IMG/VR virus record: IMGVR_UViG_3300025308_000073
Span: 1 to 61,468 of that record
Source: a virus
Lineage: Duplodnaviria; Caudoviricetes
Length of the DNA: 61,468 bases
Direction: 5' to 3' (one strand)
The translations under genes and the position numbers were made by a program. The notes under the pieces are model-generated. The model was given only the letters and a program-made list of their open reading frames with translations, was not told the origin of the DNA and searched no databases. Positions 1-8,486 of the stretch are shown here, piece after piece (position 1 is the stretch's first letter; each line of letters begins with the position of its first letter).

Positions 1-143
1 ACATCTGGTAATCGGTAGTTGTGCTGACCGAGTTGGCTAGAGCAACCACAGCACGTCTGAGGTGCGGGGCTCTGGATGGACTGGCAATAGAACGTTCGTC
101 CTCTACGAAACGACATTGCACCCAGCTCCCAGCTTCAGCCAGC

Positions 144-172
144 TTGATTTGTAGTCGCTTTGTAACTACAAT
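144..172 (+). promoter_or_regulatory. sigma70-like promoter of dinJ-yafQ overlapped by a palindromic operator
   Basis: TTGATT (144-149), 17-nt spacer, TACAAT (167-172). Inverted repeat TTGTAGT (149-155)/ACTACAA (165-171) fits TA autorepression. Confidence 0.7.
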
Positions 173-206
173 AAAATCTTACCAACCAGTTTTAAGGAGA
201 GTCACT

Positions 207-473
207 ATGAGTACCGCTGACACTTATGTTCGCGCACGCATTGATACAGCCACCAAGGAACGCGCTGCTGATGCACTGGAAGCGATGGGTCTATCTATCT
301 CGGACGCTATTCGCTTGCTGATGCTGCGTGTAGCGGATGAGCGCCGTTTGCCCTTCGATGTAAAAGTGCCGAACGCGACTACTCGCAAGGCCATTGCCGA
401 ACTCGAATCAGGCAAGGGCAAGCGTTTCGAAAGCGTTGATGCACTGATGGCCGATTTGAATGCGGACGATTGA
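207..473 (+). CDS. dinJ: RelB/DinJ family antitoxin
   Basis: RBS AAGGAG before ATG 207. MSTADTYVRARID...GLSISDAIRL...LPFDVKVPNATTRKAI is a RelB/DinJ RHH signature; overlaps the toxin gene. Confidence 0.9.
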   Translation: MSTADTYVRARIDTATKERAADALEAMGLSISDAIRLLMLRVADERRLPFDVKVPNATTRKAIAELESGKGKRFESVDALMADLNADD

Positions 474-744
474 TCGCTCATCAGCCTTCAAACGAGATTA
501 CAGGCGCGTGATGGCAACGCCGCGCCACAGTAAGGATGTGGGTTCGCTGTTGCCTGGGATTTTGAAATTGCTGCTTGTCGATCAACCTTTGCCAGAGAAA
601 AATCGCGATCATGCGTTGAGCGGTGATTGGACTGGGTATCGAGAGTGTCACGTCAAGCCAGACCTGCTGTTGATCTACCGCAAGCCAGATGCAGACACCT
701 TGCGGTTGGCACGGCTTGGTTCGCACAGTGAGTTATTTGGCTGA
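460..744 (+). CDS. yafQ: YafQ family mRNA interferase toxin
   Basis: FKRDY...DHALSGDWTGYRECHVKPDLLLIY...RLGSHSELF is the YafQ signature. Confidence 0.92.
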   Translation: MRTIDRSSAFKRDYRRVMATPRHSKDVGSLLPGILKLLLVDQPLPEKNRDHALSGDWTGYRECHVKPDLLLIYRKPDADTLRLARLGSHSELFG

Positions 745-796
745 CCAATCCTCTGTTGGTGGTCTGTGTCTTATGCATAGCAGCGCAGTACAGTAG

Positions 797-1762
797 CTAA
801 AGCCGGCCAGCCATATCTTCCGCGCTCTCATTGTAATAAACCATAAGCTGCCGCAGGTCTCGGTGCCCAACTGTTCTGGCTAGTGCCAGAACATCAAGCT
901 TTTTGGCCAGCCGGGTGATGGCTTCATGTCGCGAATCATGGAAGTGTAGCTCATCGACTACAGCCTTAGCTTTCACCTTGCGAAACAGCGCATCGATCTG
1001 CGTAGTGCTGATGTTGAACACGCTGCCCGATTCGGTGCCGATCTCTTTGAGTATCTGGATCGCCTTATCCGATAGCGGCACGTCGCGCTTCGCCGCTGCC
1101 GTCTTCCCCTGCGTTTTGCAATAGCGCTGCGCCAGCCTCACATTGTCCCAAGTCAATCCGGCAATTTCACCAGCACGCATCGCTGTTTCAATAGCAAACA
1201 GAAACGCCTTGCCAACTCGCCCTGTGACAGTTCCAACATCATCCCCGAATACCAACATTAGCCGGTCGATCTCATCCTGCGAGATACGCCGATCACGCGC
1301 CTCAGTAGGTGGCGGTCTACGTACTTCACGCATCGGGTTCTCGGCCAGCCACTTCCATTCTTTCATTGCGATGGTGCAGGCATTGCTCAGCAGATTCCAT
1401 TCGCGCCTCACGCTGGCTGGTGATACCTGAGCCAGTCGCCGATCCCGCCATGCCGCCACATCGCGCGCATCGATCACCCGAAGATTGACTTTAGCGATCT
1501 CATCTCGAAGAGTCAGTCCGATGCGTAGCCGCTCCCAGCGTTCTCCTTTTTTTGTTGGGCTGACCTCATCAGCATACTTGCTCAACAGATCCCCAAATGT
1601 CTTGTTTGGAATATCCCCGCGCTTTCCTGCTATTATATTGGCCTCTTCTTTGGCGGCCCATGCAACGGCCTCGGCCTTAGTAGAGAATGTTGCCGAAGTC
1701 GATATACCTTTGCGCCGTATCTCGGCTGTCCAAGTCAAACCACGTTTACGGAAGCTAGCCAT
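797..1762 (-). CDS. tyrosine recombinase/integrase of the neighbouring left-hand element
   Basis: Catalytic motifs TAMRAGEI, HFHDSRH, GHRD..QLMVYY. Start placed at MASFRKRG by alignment with the integrase at 59830..60810. Lies outside the prophage att repeat. Confidence 0.9.
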   Translation of the reverse strand: MASFRKRGLTWTAEIRRKGISTSATFSTKAEAVAWAAKEEANIIAGKRGDIPNKTFGDLLSKYADEVSPTKKGERWERLRIGLTLRDEIAKVNLRVIDARDVAAWRDRRLAQVSPASVRREWNLLSNACTIAMKEWKWLAENPMREVRRPPPTEARDRRISQDEIDRLMLVFGDDVGTVTGRVGKAFLFAIETAMRAGEIAGLTWDNVRLAQRYCKTQGKTAAAKRDVPLSDKAIQILKEIGTESGSVFNISTTQIDALFRKVKAKAVVDELHFHDSRHEAITRLAKKLDVLALARTVGHRDLRQLMVYYNESAEDMAGRL

Positions 1763-1763
1763 G

Positions 1764-1850
1764 TTGTCGCACTCTTGTCGGAAATTTGTCGCACATGATA
1801 ACGCCAAACCGATACAAACCGCGACAAACCGTGTGTCAATATTGCGACAA
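1764..1850. repeat. putative arm-type integrase binding sites of the left element (TTGTCG repeats)
   Basis: TTGTCG at 1764, 1775 and 1786 (11-bp period); inverted GCGACAA at 1821 and 1844. Confidence 0.55.
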
Positions 1851-1907
1851 GAAGGCAACAAAAAAGCCCCGATAGCTAGTATCTACGGGGCTTTTAATGA
1901 TTTTTGA

Positions 1908-1928
1908 TGGTGCCCAGAAGAGGACTCG
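1908..1928. repeat. att core, left copy (displaced tRNA-Leu 3' end)
   Basis: TGGTGCCCAGAAGAGGACTCG is identical to 60973..60993. Confidence 0.95.
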
Positions 1929-1961
1929 CGTTCCACGTGGAACAAGGCTTTGCTGAGTGTT

Positions 1962-1979
1962 TGGTGCAAACTTGGTACT
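1962..1979. repeat. putative arm-type sites of the prophage integrase, left arm
   Basis: TGGTGCA (1962) and TGGTACT (1973), 11-bp period; same motif occurs at 60819, 60830, 60841 and 60896. Confidence 0.55.
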
Positions 1980-2196
1980 ACGCCGCCAACTTGTTCCGCT
2001 CCGCCCAACTCACAATGTCCGCCCGATGCCAGCGTTTAGGCCGCTTATTCCCGACCGCTACCGGCAATAGTACCGGTTTTGGGAAGTCCGGCAAATGCAC
2101 CCAGCGGTCATAGACGTGGCGCGCGGAGATATTGGCAAGCCGGGACAGGAGTTCTGCTACCTCCGCTTGTGTCATCAGTGGTTCAATGTTGGTCAT
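1978..2196 (-). CDS. AlpA/excisionase-like DNA-binding protein
   Basis: LMTQAEVAELL...VYDRWVHLPDFPKPV...RWHRADIVSW. Next to att, and adjacent to int on the circular form. Confidence 0.75.
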   Translation of the reverse strand: MTNIEPLMTQAEVAELLSRLANISARHVYDRWVHLPDFPKPVLLPVAVGNKRPKRWHRADIVSWAERNKLAA

Positions 2197-2198
2197 GG

Positions 2199-2381
2199 CT
2201 ATCCTCTCGGTGTGGTTGCGGCGCATTTCTCATTCGGCACAAAATCCTCGCAGACATCCTGCCCGGCGCGAAATTCGTTGAAGTCTTGGAACGATTGGAT
2301 GGCGCTCGGTTTCGCCGTGAAGCGGTAGCACTCTTCACGGCTTGGGCATTGCGTGTCTTGGCACATGGATATATCAGGCAT
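2199..2381 (-). CDS. small Cys-rich phage protein
   Basis: MPDISMCQDTQCPSREECYRF; tightly packed in the operon. Confidence 0.6.
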   Translation of the reverse strand: MPDISMCQDTQCPSREECYRFTAKPSAIQSFQDFNEFRAGQDVCEDFVPNEKCAATTPRG

Positions 2382-2390
2382 AGGTAGTCC

Positions 2391-2867
2391 CTAAAAAGGA
2401 ATGTCATCGTCGAAGTTGTCGAAGCTACCCTTTGCCGCGCTTGAAACTGGCGGCTTATCTGGACGCGCATCTGAACCGCCAGGCCTTCCAGCTGGATTTG
2501 AATCGCGCTCTACTGGTGCAGAATGCTCGCCACCATGAGACTTGCCGCCCAGCATGGTCATTTCGTTGACGACAATCTCTGTGGTGTAACGATCCTGCCC
2601 TTCCTTGGTCTGCCATTTGCGGGTTTGCAGTTTGCCCTCGACGTAAATCTGCGAGCCTTTCTTCAAATACTCTCCGGCAATCTCAGCGAGGCGGCGGTAG
2701 AACACCAGATTATGCCACTCGGTTTTTTCCTGCTTCTCGCCGCTCTTGTCCTTCCAGTTTTCGGAAGTCGCCAGCGTGGCGTTGGTCACCGCTTCGCCAT
2801 TGGTCATATAGCGCGTTTCCGGGTCTTTGCCCAGGCGGCCTATCAGAATCACCTTGTTGACTGACAT
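2391..2867 (-). CDS. ssb: single-stranded DNA-binding protein
   Basis: [16 protein letters not shown]...TEWH...DDDIPF C-terminus. Confidence 0.97.
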   Translation of the reverse strand: MSVNKVILIGRLGKDPETRYMTNGEAVTNATLATSENWKDKSGEKQEKTEWHNLVFYRRLAEIAGEYLKKGSQIYVEGKLQTRKWQTKEGQDRYTTEIVVNEMTMLGGKSHGGEHSAPVERDSNPAGRPGGSDARPDKPPVSSAAKGSFDNFDDDIPF

Positions 2868-3043
2868 CACTCTTCCTCTTCTTCAAAAATACGTTGTTCA
2901 ATTCCGTGTAGAACCTTTTCTTGTTTTTCAGAAAGGCTGCTGCGCTCCTTGATGCTGGGTAAAAACTCGAACTTCTCCCATGATGAGAGGTCGCTTCCGA
3001 CCGCTTCATCCATGATGCGTTTAACTCGCTCTGCCGTGGTCAT
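2867..3043 (-). CDS. hypothetical 58-aa protein (not in the ORF track)
   Basis: [16 protein letters not shown]...IFEEEEE; ATGA overlap with the upstream gene, stop overlapping the ssb start. Confidence 0.65.
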   Translation of the reverse strand: MTTAERVKRIMDEAVGSDLSSWEKFEFLPSIKERSSLSEKQEKVLHGIEQRIFEEEEE

Positions 3044-3990
3044 AATCCAGCCTCCGGGTATCCATCATGCAGAACACCGTCAAGTATTCTGCCGGATTCG
3101 TGCTTCCCCATGCGTATCATCCGATAATCGTGCTCGCCCCATTGCTTAAACAGTAACGGCACACCAGCGGCGGCGCACTGGTCGCGCAACGCTCTTGGCC
3201 ATGACGGGTGCATCGGGCGCGCATTGCTGCCCGATTCTCCACCAACAACAACCCAATCCAGCCCAGTTGCTCGATATGCGATACCTTCTTTTTTAGAGAG
3301 CGCATCAAAAGTGAACTCACCATCGCGAACATGGTGCAGATCAATTGCCCCCAGCATCGGCTCCACACTCACCCAGCGCACAGCGGCCGGCGTTTGCAGC
3401 AACAGCGGCACGCGCTCGTCGGCGGCTTCCTGGTTCTCGGCTGTGACGCCGAGCCACACATTCGGCAGTGGGAATTGTGTGAACACGCTCACCTTATTGC
3501 CCGGCTCGCCGATATGCGATAGGTTGGCATAACGCTGCGGCTCCATCGAGTCGGCGAAAGCATCGCCGGCACACGCCCACTTATCACGGACAGCGCTCGA
3601 CCGTAGATAATCCAGCATCCGCTCCGGCCGCTTCGTCAGCACCTGGAATGTGTGCTGTTTCGCCAGCGCCATCACCGCGAACACCTGATCTATAAACTCG
3701 TCCGGCACGCCCTCATGAAACAGGTCGGACATGGAATTCACAAACACCGTGCGCGGTCGCGACCAGTGCAGCGGGTCGGTCAGCTTCTCATGCACTAGCT
3801 TGATCGTGCCATTCCAGCGCCTCGTATCAGGATTGATCGTGCCTTCGTATGGCTGGCCGACACCAGAGAATCGTCCGGCCATCGCTTCGGCGTAGCAGTT
3901 CCTGCAACCCTCTGACACGCGCGAGCAGCCGCGCAACGGGTTCCACGTCTCTTCCGTCCAAGTAATTCCTCCGTTGCGTTGGTCAGCCAT
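3040..3990 (-). CDS. phage Gp37/Gp68 (DUF5131) family protein
   Basis: ITWTEETWNPLRGCSRVSEGCRNCYAE, FVNSMSDLFHE, WVVVGGESG, FKQWGE. Confidence 0.9.
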   Translation of the reverse strand: MADQRNGGITWTEETWNPLRGCSRVSEGCRNCYAEAMAGRFSGVGQPYEGTINPDTRRWNGTIKLVHEKLTDPLHWSRPRTVFVNSMSDLFHEGVPDEFIDQVFAVMALAKQHTFQVLTKRPERMLDYLRSSAVRDKWACAGDAFADSMEPQRYANLSHIGEPGNKVSVFTQFPLPNVWLGVTAENQEAADERVPLLLQTPAAVRWVSVEPMLGAIDLHHVRDGEFTFDALSKKEGIAYRATGLDWVVVGGESGSNARPMHPSWPRALRDQCAAAGVPLLFKQWGEHDYRMIRMGKHESGRILDGVLHDGYPEAGL

Positions 3991-4357
3991 GATGCTCTCC
4001 ATGCGTGTATTCAAACTCTATCCGCGTCACTACAGTTTCTGGTTTGCAGCCTTTGTGGGACGCACAGAACATTTCAATGAACTCATGCGGTGTCATGTGC
4101 TGGAATCCTTCGCGCCTACATTCCATTGCCCCATAATCGCCAAGCGCCATGTGTTGCAACTGTTCGCGGCGCACACTCACCACCCGGATCGGGTCGCGTA
4201 GAGGATCAATTTTCTCGCCCTGCTTTAACCCCATACACTTGCGCACTGGGCGCACCATATCTCCAGGCTTCAAGTTCAGCCATCCAAGCCGCCGCGTTAC
4301 GGTCTTTAATTCATTCTGAATTTGCGCTGTCGTCAATGCGAAACTCATATTGCGCAT
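3983..4357 (-). CDS. ASCH/PUA-like domain protein
   Basis: MSF...KTVTRRLGW..LKPGD...EGF...F...VTRIEF pattern. Confidence 0.65.
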   Translation of the reverse strand: MRNMSFALTTAQIQNELKTVTRRLGWLNLKPGDMVRPVRKCMGLKQGEKIDPLRDPIRVVSVRREQLQHMALGDYGAMECRREGFQHMTPHEFIEMFCASHKGCKPETVVTRIEFEYTHGEHHG

Positions 4358-4367
4358 GTCAGTTCTT

Positions 4368-5642
4368 TCATCGTGTAGCTCCTGTGTGGTTAAGCATTGC
4401 TTGGTAAGAGCGCAGTGCATCTGTTCTGTCGCGCCCGCCTGATTCATGCTGGCGCAAGCGCTGGTGATACCGACCTCGGATGTAGCGCCCAGCAGATATG
4501 TGCTGCGGCCAGACGACGTAGCCGAGGAATGGAATGCCAGCGCTCGCCGGCGCAAGCCGAATCTTGTGCGGGTGGATAGTCAGGCCGTCATTGGCCAGCT
4601 TGACGGTGATCAGTTCTCGCAGGGTTTGCAGTTCTTCGCGCGATTCACCCAGGATGACTATATCGTCCACGTAGCGGATGTACCGGTGGACGCGCAGCGT
4701 TTCTTTGATCCAGTGGTCGAAGTCGTTCAGGAATATGTTGGCGAATAGCTGGCTGGACAAATTGCCGATGGGCATTCCCTTGGCCGCCGTCTGCCGGTAC
4801 AGCGTGCCAGCATCGAACAAGTGATCGTAGCTGCTATCCGTTTGGAACGAGTCGATCAGGTTGACCAGTAGCACGCGCAGTTCGTGATCTCCGATGTAGC
4901 GCAGCACGCGCTCTTTCAGCAGTGCATGGTTGACTGAGTAGAAATACTTGCTGATGTCGAGCTGCAACATCCAAGTGGCTTTATCGCTGCGGGCGAATTG
5001 CGCCAGCCTACGCACGGCGGCATGGGTGCCGCGACCGGGCAGGTTGCCACAGGTGTCATGGATGAACCTCGGCTGCCAGATTGGTAGCATGTACCGGTAC
5101 AGCATCCAGTGAATGATGCGGTCTTTCATTGGAGCATCCACCACGTCGCGCCACTTCTTCTCGCGCACGGTGAATGTCTTGTACGAGCCGAAGGTATATT
5201 TTCGCTCGCGCAGTCTTTTTTGGATTGTAATCAGGTGCCGCAGCGGATCAGTAGAGAAGCGCTGAATGCGCAGGTTATGCGATTTGTTCTTTCGGGTGTT
5301 AAGCCAGCAAGTGAATAGGTTGGGTAGGCTGGTAAGGTGATGGAAGTCACTGCCGCATTCCACTGCGCCGCCCGTAGGCATCGCAGCGGTTTCCGGTTGG
5401 GCATGTTGCCGTGCTTTTGGAACTTGCGCTCCTGGAGATTTTCGACCAAGAGTTAACCTTCCGTGGGTATCCCCAGCGTCTAGGCCGTTTTTTCTTGGGT
5501 CAGCGGAAGCCGATGTTGTCGTTGCGATTGTCGGGGTTGTCGTTGTTGAGATTGAAGACGCCCGCATGCGAGTCGGAATACCAGTAGCTGCCCCGAATGA
5601 GCGCATTGCCAGACCTTTCAGAAAACCCCCATCGTTGTTCAT
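4368..5642 (-). CDS. DGR1 reverse transcriptase (alternative start ATG 5381)
   Basis: KDRIIHW, LDISKYFYSV, GMPIGNLSSQLFAN (DGR-type SQ motif), RYVDD, FLGY; adjacent to TR and Avd. Confidence 0.95.
   Translation of the reverse strand: MNNDGGFLKGLAMRSFGAATGIPTRMRASSISTTTTPTIATTTSASADPRKNGLDAGDTHGRLTLGRKSPGAQVPKARQHAQPETAAMPTGGAVECGSDFHHLTSLPNLFTCWLNTRKNKSHNLRIQRFSTDPLRHLITIQKRLRERKYTFGSYKTFTVREKKWRDVVDAPMKDRIIHWMLYRYMLPIWQPRFIHDTCGNLPGRGTHAAVRRLAQFARSDKATWMLQLDISKYFYSVNHALLKERVLRYIGDHELRVLLVNLIDSFQTDSSYDHLFDAGTLYRQTAAKGMPIGNLSSQLFANIFLNDFDHWIKETLRVHRYIRYVDDIVILGESREELQTLRELITVKLANDGLTIHPHKIRLAPASAGIPFLGYVVWPQHISAGRYIRGRYHQRLRQHESGGRDRTDALRSYQAMLNHTGATR
5501..5615 (-). repeat. DGR1 template repeat (TR1)
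   Basis: 115 nt with 26 adenines on the coding strand, AAC-rich. 15 mismatches to 6559..6673 and 23 to 11505..11619, all at TR adenines. Confidence 0.97.
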
Positions 5643-6487
5643 GGCTGCGCTCCTTGTGAGCGAATGAGCCCGCCAACGAGACGACCAAGTTCAACGGCTA
5701 GACCCGCTCTATGCTCAAAGTTGAGCGCGAGCATTCCTAGCCTTTGAGCCTGTGCGAGATAGTGCTTGAGCAAGTCAACATCGGCTGAAATTGATTTAAG
5801 CAGGAGCTGTTTATTGTCCTCAAGGCCGTACGCCATGACGCCGCGCATGATTCGACCGATGCAAGTGCGCATGTTTTCACCATAGGTTGCACGAATATCG
5901 CGAGACATTTTGATGATGTCCTGCATGATCTGCGTGTCCAAGTCTTGCGCTTTAGCCTTGAGTTGAAACGATGCAGAATCAGGGCTGGCTAACAACTGGG
6001 TGGCCGCAGCCTTGTTCACCTCGCCGCGTTGCATGAGATCGTCTATCACATCACAGATGACTTTCGTTGAAACGGATTCCAGTACCGAATTGTTTCCTGT
6101 TGGCTGATTTGAAACATAGACCGTGTGTCCATCCGCCTGATTGCCGAGTGCTACAACGTAGGGGATACCGAAATCTTCAACGACAGACCATAACCGACGC
6201 TTGAAATTGCCAACTGGAAAGCCAATGCGAATATGCGGCTCGGTGGACGCTCCAACGAGCTTGAGCTTATATTTTTTCAGTGTGGCCAGCGCGTATGCCG
6301 TGCGGTCGTAGCCATGGAGGAAATTGCCGGATTGCACCAATATCAAGTGGCCGGCGTGTTTTTCTTCCAGCTTCTGCGCGATGGTCGCCACCGGATCAGC
6401 CTGCCCAAGTCCGGCCTCAATGCCCTTGAAGGCGCTGATGCTGAACTCTCTGAGTTCGTCGCTTGTCGGTGTTGGTATTGCTTGCAT
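5639..6487 (-). CDS. DGR accessory protein: MutS domain I-like N-terminus fused to an Avd-like helical bundle
   Basis: N-part LILVQSGNFLHGYDRTAYAL resembles MutS-I; C-part ...VDLLKHYLAQA...VELGRLVGGLIRS resembles Avd. Located between target and TR. Confidence 0.75.
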   Translation of the reverse strand: MQAIPTPTSDELREFSISAFKGIEAGLGQADPVATIAQKLEEKHAGHLILVQSGNFLHGYDRTAYALATLKKYKLKLVGASTEPHIRIGFPVGNFKRRLWSVVEDFGIPYVVALGNQADGHTVYVSNQPTGNNSVLESVSTKVICDVIDDLMQRGEVNKAAATQLLASPDSASFQLKAKAQDLDTQIMQDIIKMSRDIRATYGENMRTCIGRIMRGVMAYGLEDNKQLLLKSISADVDLLKHYLAQAQRLGMLALNFEHRAGLAVELGRLVGGLIRSQGAQP

Positions 6488-6509
6488 GATGTTCCTGGTT
6501 AATTTTCTA

Positions 6510-6537
6510 GGTCACGGCTACGCCGCGACCCGTGACC
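6510..6537 (-). other. post-VR hairpin/cruciform (DGR target-recognition element)
   Basis: Coding strand GGTCACG GGTCGCGGC GTA GCCGTGACC just after the target stop; identical copy at 11456..11483. Confidence 0.75.
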
Positions 6538-6542
6538 AGCGA

Positions 6543-7226
6543 TCAGAGACTCTTGGTGCAGCGGAAGCCGAAGTAGTCGCCGCGATTGCCGGGGTTGTCG
6601 TAGTTGAGACTGAAGACGCCCGCACGCGAGCCGGAACACCAGGAGCCGCCCCGAACGAGCGCAAAGCCAGACCAGTTCCGCTCTCCGTCAGGACGCCAGC
6701 CCATTCCCTTTTCTTGGGATGGGTAGGGTGCTGTGGTCAGGCTTGGCGAGTCAGCCTTGATGGTGGTGGTCAATCCCTTGTCGTCTCCCTGGATGTCGTC
6801 GAATACCCACGAAAAAACATTGCCGTTCAAGTCGCAAACCTTCTCTCCGTTTGATAGCGTCAACCAGCGGCGTTCTTTGGCATCTGGCGACTGGAAGTTG
6901 CCTGGCTGCGCGCTGGACACATTGCCTTTGCGTAGGCCACGGAATAGCTTGCCTTCACCGACCTTGCCCTTCGTCCAGTTGCAATCCTGCGCCGCGACGT
7001 TGTGCCGGATCGCCAGTTCTTGAGATTCGGTGATGAGTTTGAACCCAGCCTCTTCGCACGCTATCTTTGCTTCCTCGAAGGTGATGCTCACCCATGGCGC
7101 GCCATCGGCGGTGATGACGGCTTTCCCATCAGCGCCCTTGCTGCAATGAAACTGACCTACCTTGAAAGCGGGGACGACAATGCCGTTCGGCAGTGTCATT
7201 TCTGGGACGGTGATAAATTTGTTCAT
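6543..7226 (-). CDS. DGR1 target 1: FGE-sulfatase/C-type-lectin-fold protein
   Basis: PWVSITFEEAKIAC, DLNGNVFSW, RGGSW...GFRC; carries VR1 at its 3' end; no signal peptide. Confidence 0.9.
   Translation of the reverse strand: MNKFITVPEMTLPNGIVVPAFKVGQFHCSKGADGKAVITADGAPWVSITFEEAKIACEEAGFKLITESQELAIRHNVAAQDCNWTKGKVGEGKLFRGLRKGNVSSAQPGNFQSPDAKERRWLTLSNGEKVCDLNGNVFSWVFDDIQGDDKGLTTTIKADSPSLTTAPYPSQEKGMGWRPDGERNWSGFALVRGGSWCSGSRAGVFSLNYDNPGNRGDYFGFRCTKSL
6559..6673 (-). repeat. DGR1 variable region VR1
   Basis: 15 substitutions versus TR1 (9 A>G, 5 A>T, 1 A>C), none at other bases. Confidence 0.97.
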
Positions 7227-7273
7227 ACGTTCTCCTTGATGCCGCCACTAACTCCAAAGTGGCGGCAATTACG

Positions 7274-8110
7274 TTACGCCGCAAATGGCTTGCCATGAAA
7301 CATTGGGAATCCGGTTGCATCCTTGATATTGGCAGTGAGCGTCTTGGCCGCATCTTCCAGCACCTTGTCAGGGCGGTTCAGCTCGTACCAGAAATCAACC
7401 CTCCCCGCCTTGAGCTGATATTTGAGACGCGCTTCAACCATGTAGGCAGTGCCTCCCCAGAATACCGGCACGCCGATCGCGAACTTACTGAATACTTCCA
7501 TGCTTTTTACCGTCTCGGCGTTGCTGTCCTCGACGTATTCCATGCGCACGCCCCCTGATTGAAGGCGAATCGCGCTCTTGATGGTGGAGTCCTGCGCGAT
7601 TTCCAGATTGGTCGCCATCGTGAGCATCGCCGTGCCGGATGGGAAGCCGTCAACTGTTGCTATGTCGCCCATGTTGTCCTCGATCCAGCAGGCGAATTCA
7701 GCTTGGCTAAATCTCTGGCGATCTTTGTTTGTCCAGCGTTGCCACTCTACCGACTTGGCCGGAGCCAGTTTGGCGATGTGATCGCGCCATTGCTGTCCAT
7801 TCACCTCTTCGCTGTGGTCATTGATGATGCCGGTGTATGCAACAAGCCCTTTTTGGTAGTCGGCCTCACACCAAATTGTTGCGCTGGCAAGCGAGCCGTG
7901 GCGCTTGAGGTAGGAAATAAAGCCTTCTGCGTCGGCCAGCGAGACGGACGCCTTCTTGCGGCGCGGCGTTGGTTGCATGTGCCCGGTGTCTTCCAGCTTC
8001 CAGCCTTCCGGCACGGCATTCATGTCGGCGCTGAGCGCGAACGGCTTGCGCGCCTCGCGCGCCACGGTGGCGGCGATGTTTTCTGCTTCTTGCTTGATAG
8101 GGTCGGCCAT
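7274..8110 (-). CDS. DUF2303 (YfdQ-like) phage protein
   Basis: WRDH.A...SVEW..W...SQAEFACWIEDN...F.IGVPVF.GG..Y..EARLKY. Confidence 0.8.
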   Translation of the reverse strand: MADPIKQEAENIAATVAREARKPFALSADMNAVPEGWKLEDTGHMQPTPRRKKASVSLADAEGFISYLKRHGSLASATIWCEADYQKGLVAYTGIINDHSEEVNGQQWRDHIAKLAPAKSVEWQRWTNKDRQRFSQAEFACWIEDNMGDIATVDGFPSGTAMLTMATNLEIAQDSTIKSAIRLQSGGVRMEYVEDSNAETVKSMEVFSKFAIGVPVFWGGTAYMVEARLKYQLKAGRVDFWYELNRPDKVLEDAAKTLTANIKDATGFPMFHGKPFAA

Positions 8111-8112
8111 GA

Positions 8113-8451
8113 TTATTTCGCTCCCACTTGTTTGAGTTCTGACGGGGTTTGTGCAGCAACGGCCTTAAGTTCCAGCTTTTGCTGCCTTGGATCTTCGGTC
8201 AGAAGATTGCCTTCCGGTGTGGCGAACATCAGCGTTGCGTCAGGTGCCTCCATCGGTTTGCTCATCTTGATGTCGCCAACTACGGCCATAGCCGCTTTGG
8301 TGGATTTCTTGATGGCGATGGTCAGGGTGATCTTCCCGGCCTTGCCGGTGGAATCAACAGCTGCGACGAGTTCTGCCAGTTTTTCGCCTGCTTCGTCGAG
8401 AAACGTGCCGCCCATCAGGTGCCGAAGTGTTTCGTGGATTGGTTTTGCCAT
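8113..8451 (-). CDS. conserved phage protein (usual upstream partner of DUF2303)
   Basis: LAELVAAVDSTGKAGKITLTI...FATPEGNLLTEDPRQQKL; RBS AAGGAG. Confidence 0.7.
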   Translation of the reverse strand: MAKPIHETLRHLMGGTFLDEAGEKLAELVAAVDSTGKAGKITLTIAIKKSTKAAMAVVGDIKMSKPMEAPDATLMFATPEGNLLTEDPRQQKLELKAVAAQTPSELKQVGAK

Positions 8452-8486
8452 GATGCTTTGCTCCTTTTGTGAGTTGAAAAAAATTA

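Larger units (their letters stand above)
6509..6809. repeat. 301-bp direct repeat, copy 1 (3' part of target 1, VR, IMH and hairpin)
   Basis: Identical to 11455..11755 except at 18 positions, all corresponding to TR adenines. Confidence 0.97.
4368..7226 (-). mobile_element. diversity-generating retroelement DGR1 (target-Avd-TR-RT), with remote second target at 11489..12397
   Basis: RT, Avd-like gene and TR present; both VRs differ from TR only at adenines. Confidence 0.95.

Noticed and set aside
21-206. N-terminal extension of the antitoxin ORF (21..473)
   Set aside because: Promoter, operator and RBS lie inside it; the DinJ-like sequence starts at ATG 207.
797-1762. Integrases as shufflon (Rci-like) invertases
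   Set aside because: Both sit beside tRNA-derived att cores, and I saw no inverted sfx-like repeats around the tail genes.
4368-5642. RTs as group II intron, retron or Abi RTs
   Set aside because: Both have the DGR SQ motif, an Avd-like neighbour and adenine-specific TR/VR pairs; no maturase or endonuclease domain.
5500-5694. 64-aa ORF resembling the target C-terminus
   Set aside because: It is TR1 read in the VR frame, overlaps the accessory gene and has no convincing start.
6324-6854. Plus-strand ORFs 6324..6854 and 11396..12079 that resemble each other
   Set aside because: Antisense shadows of the 301-bp duplicated target segment.
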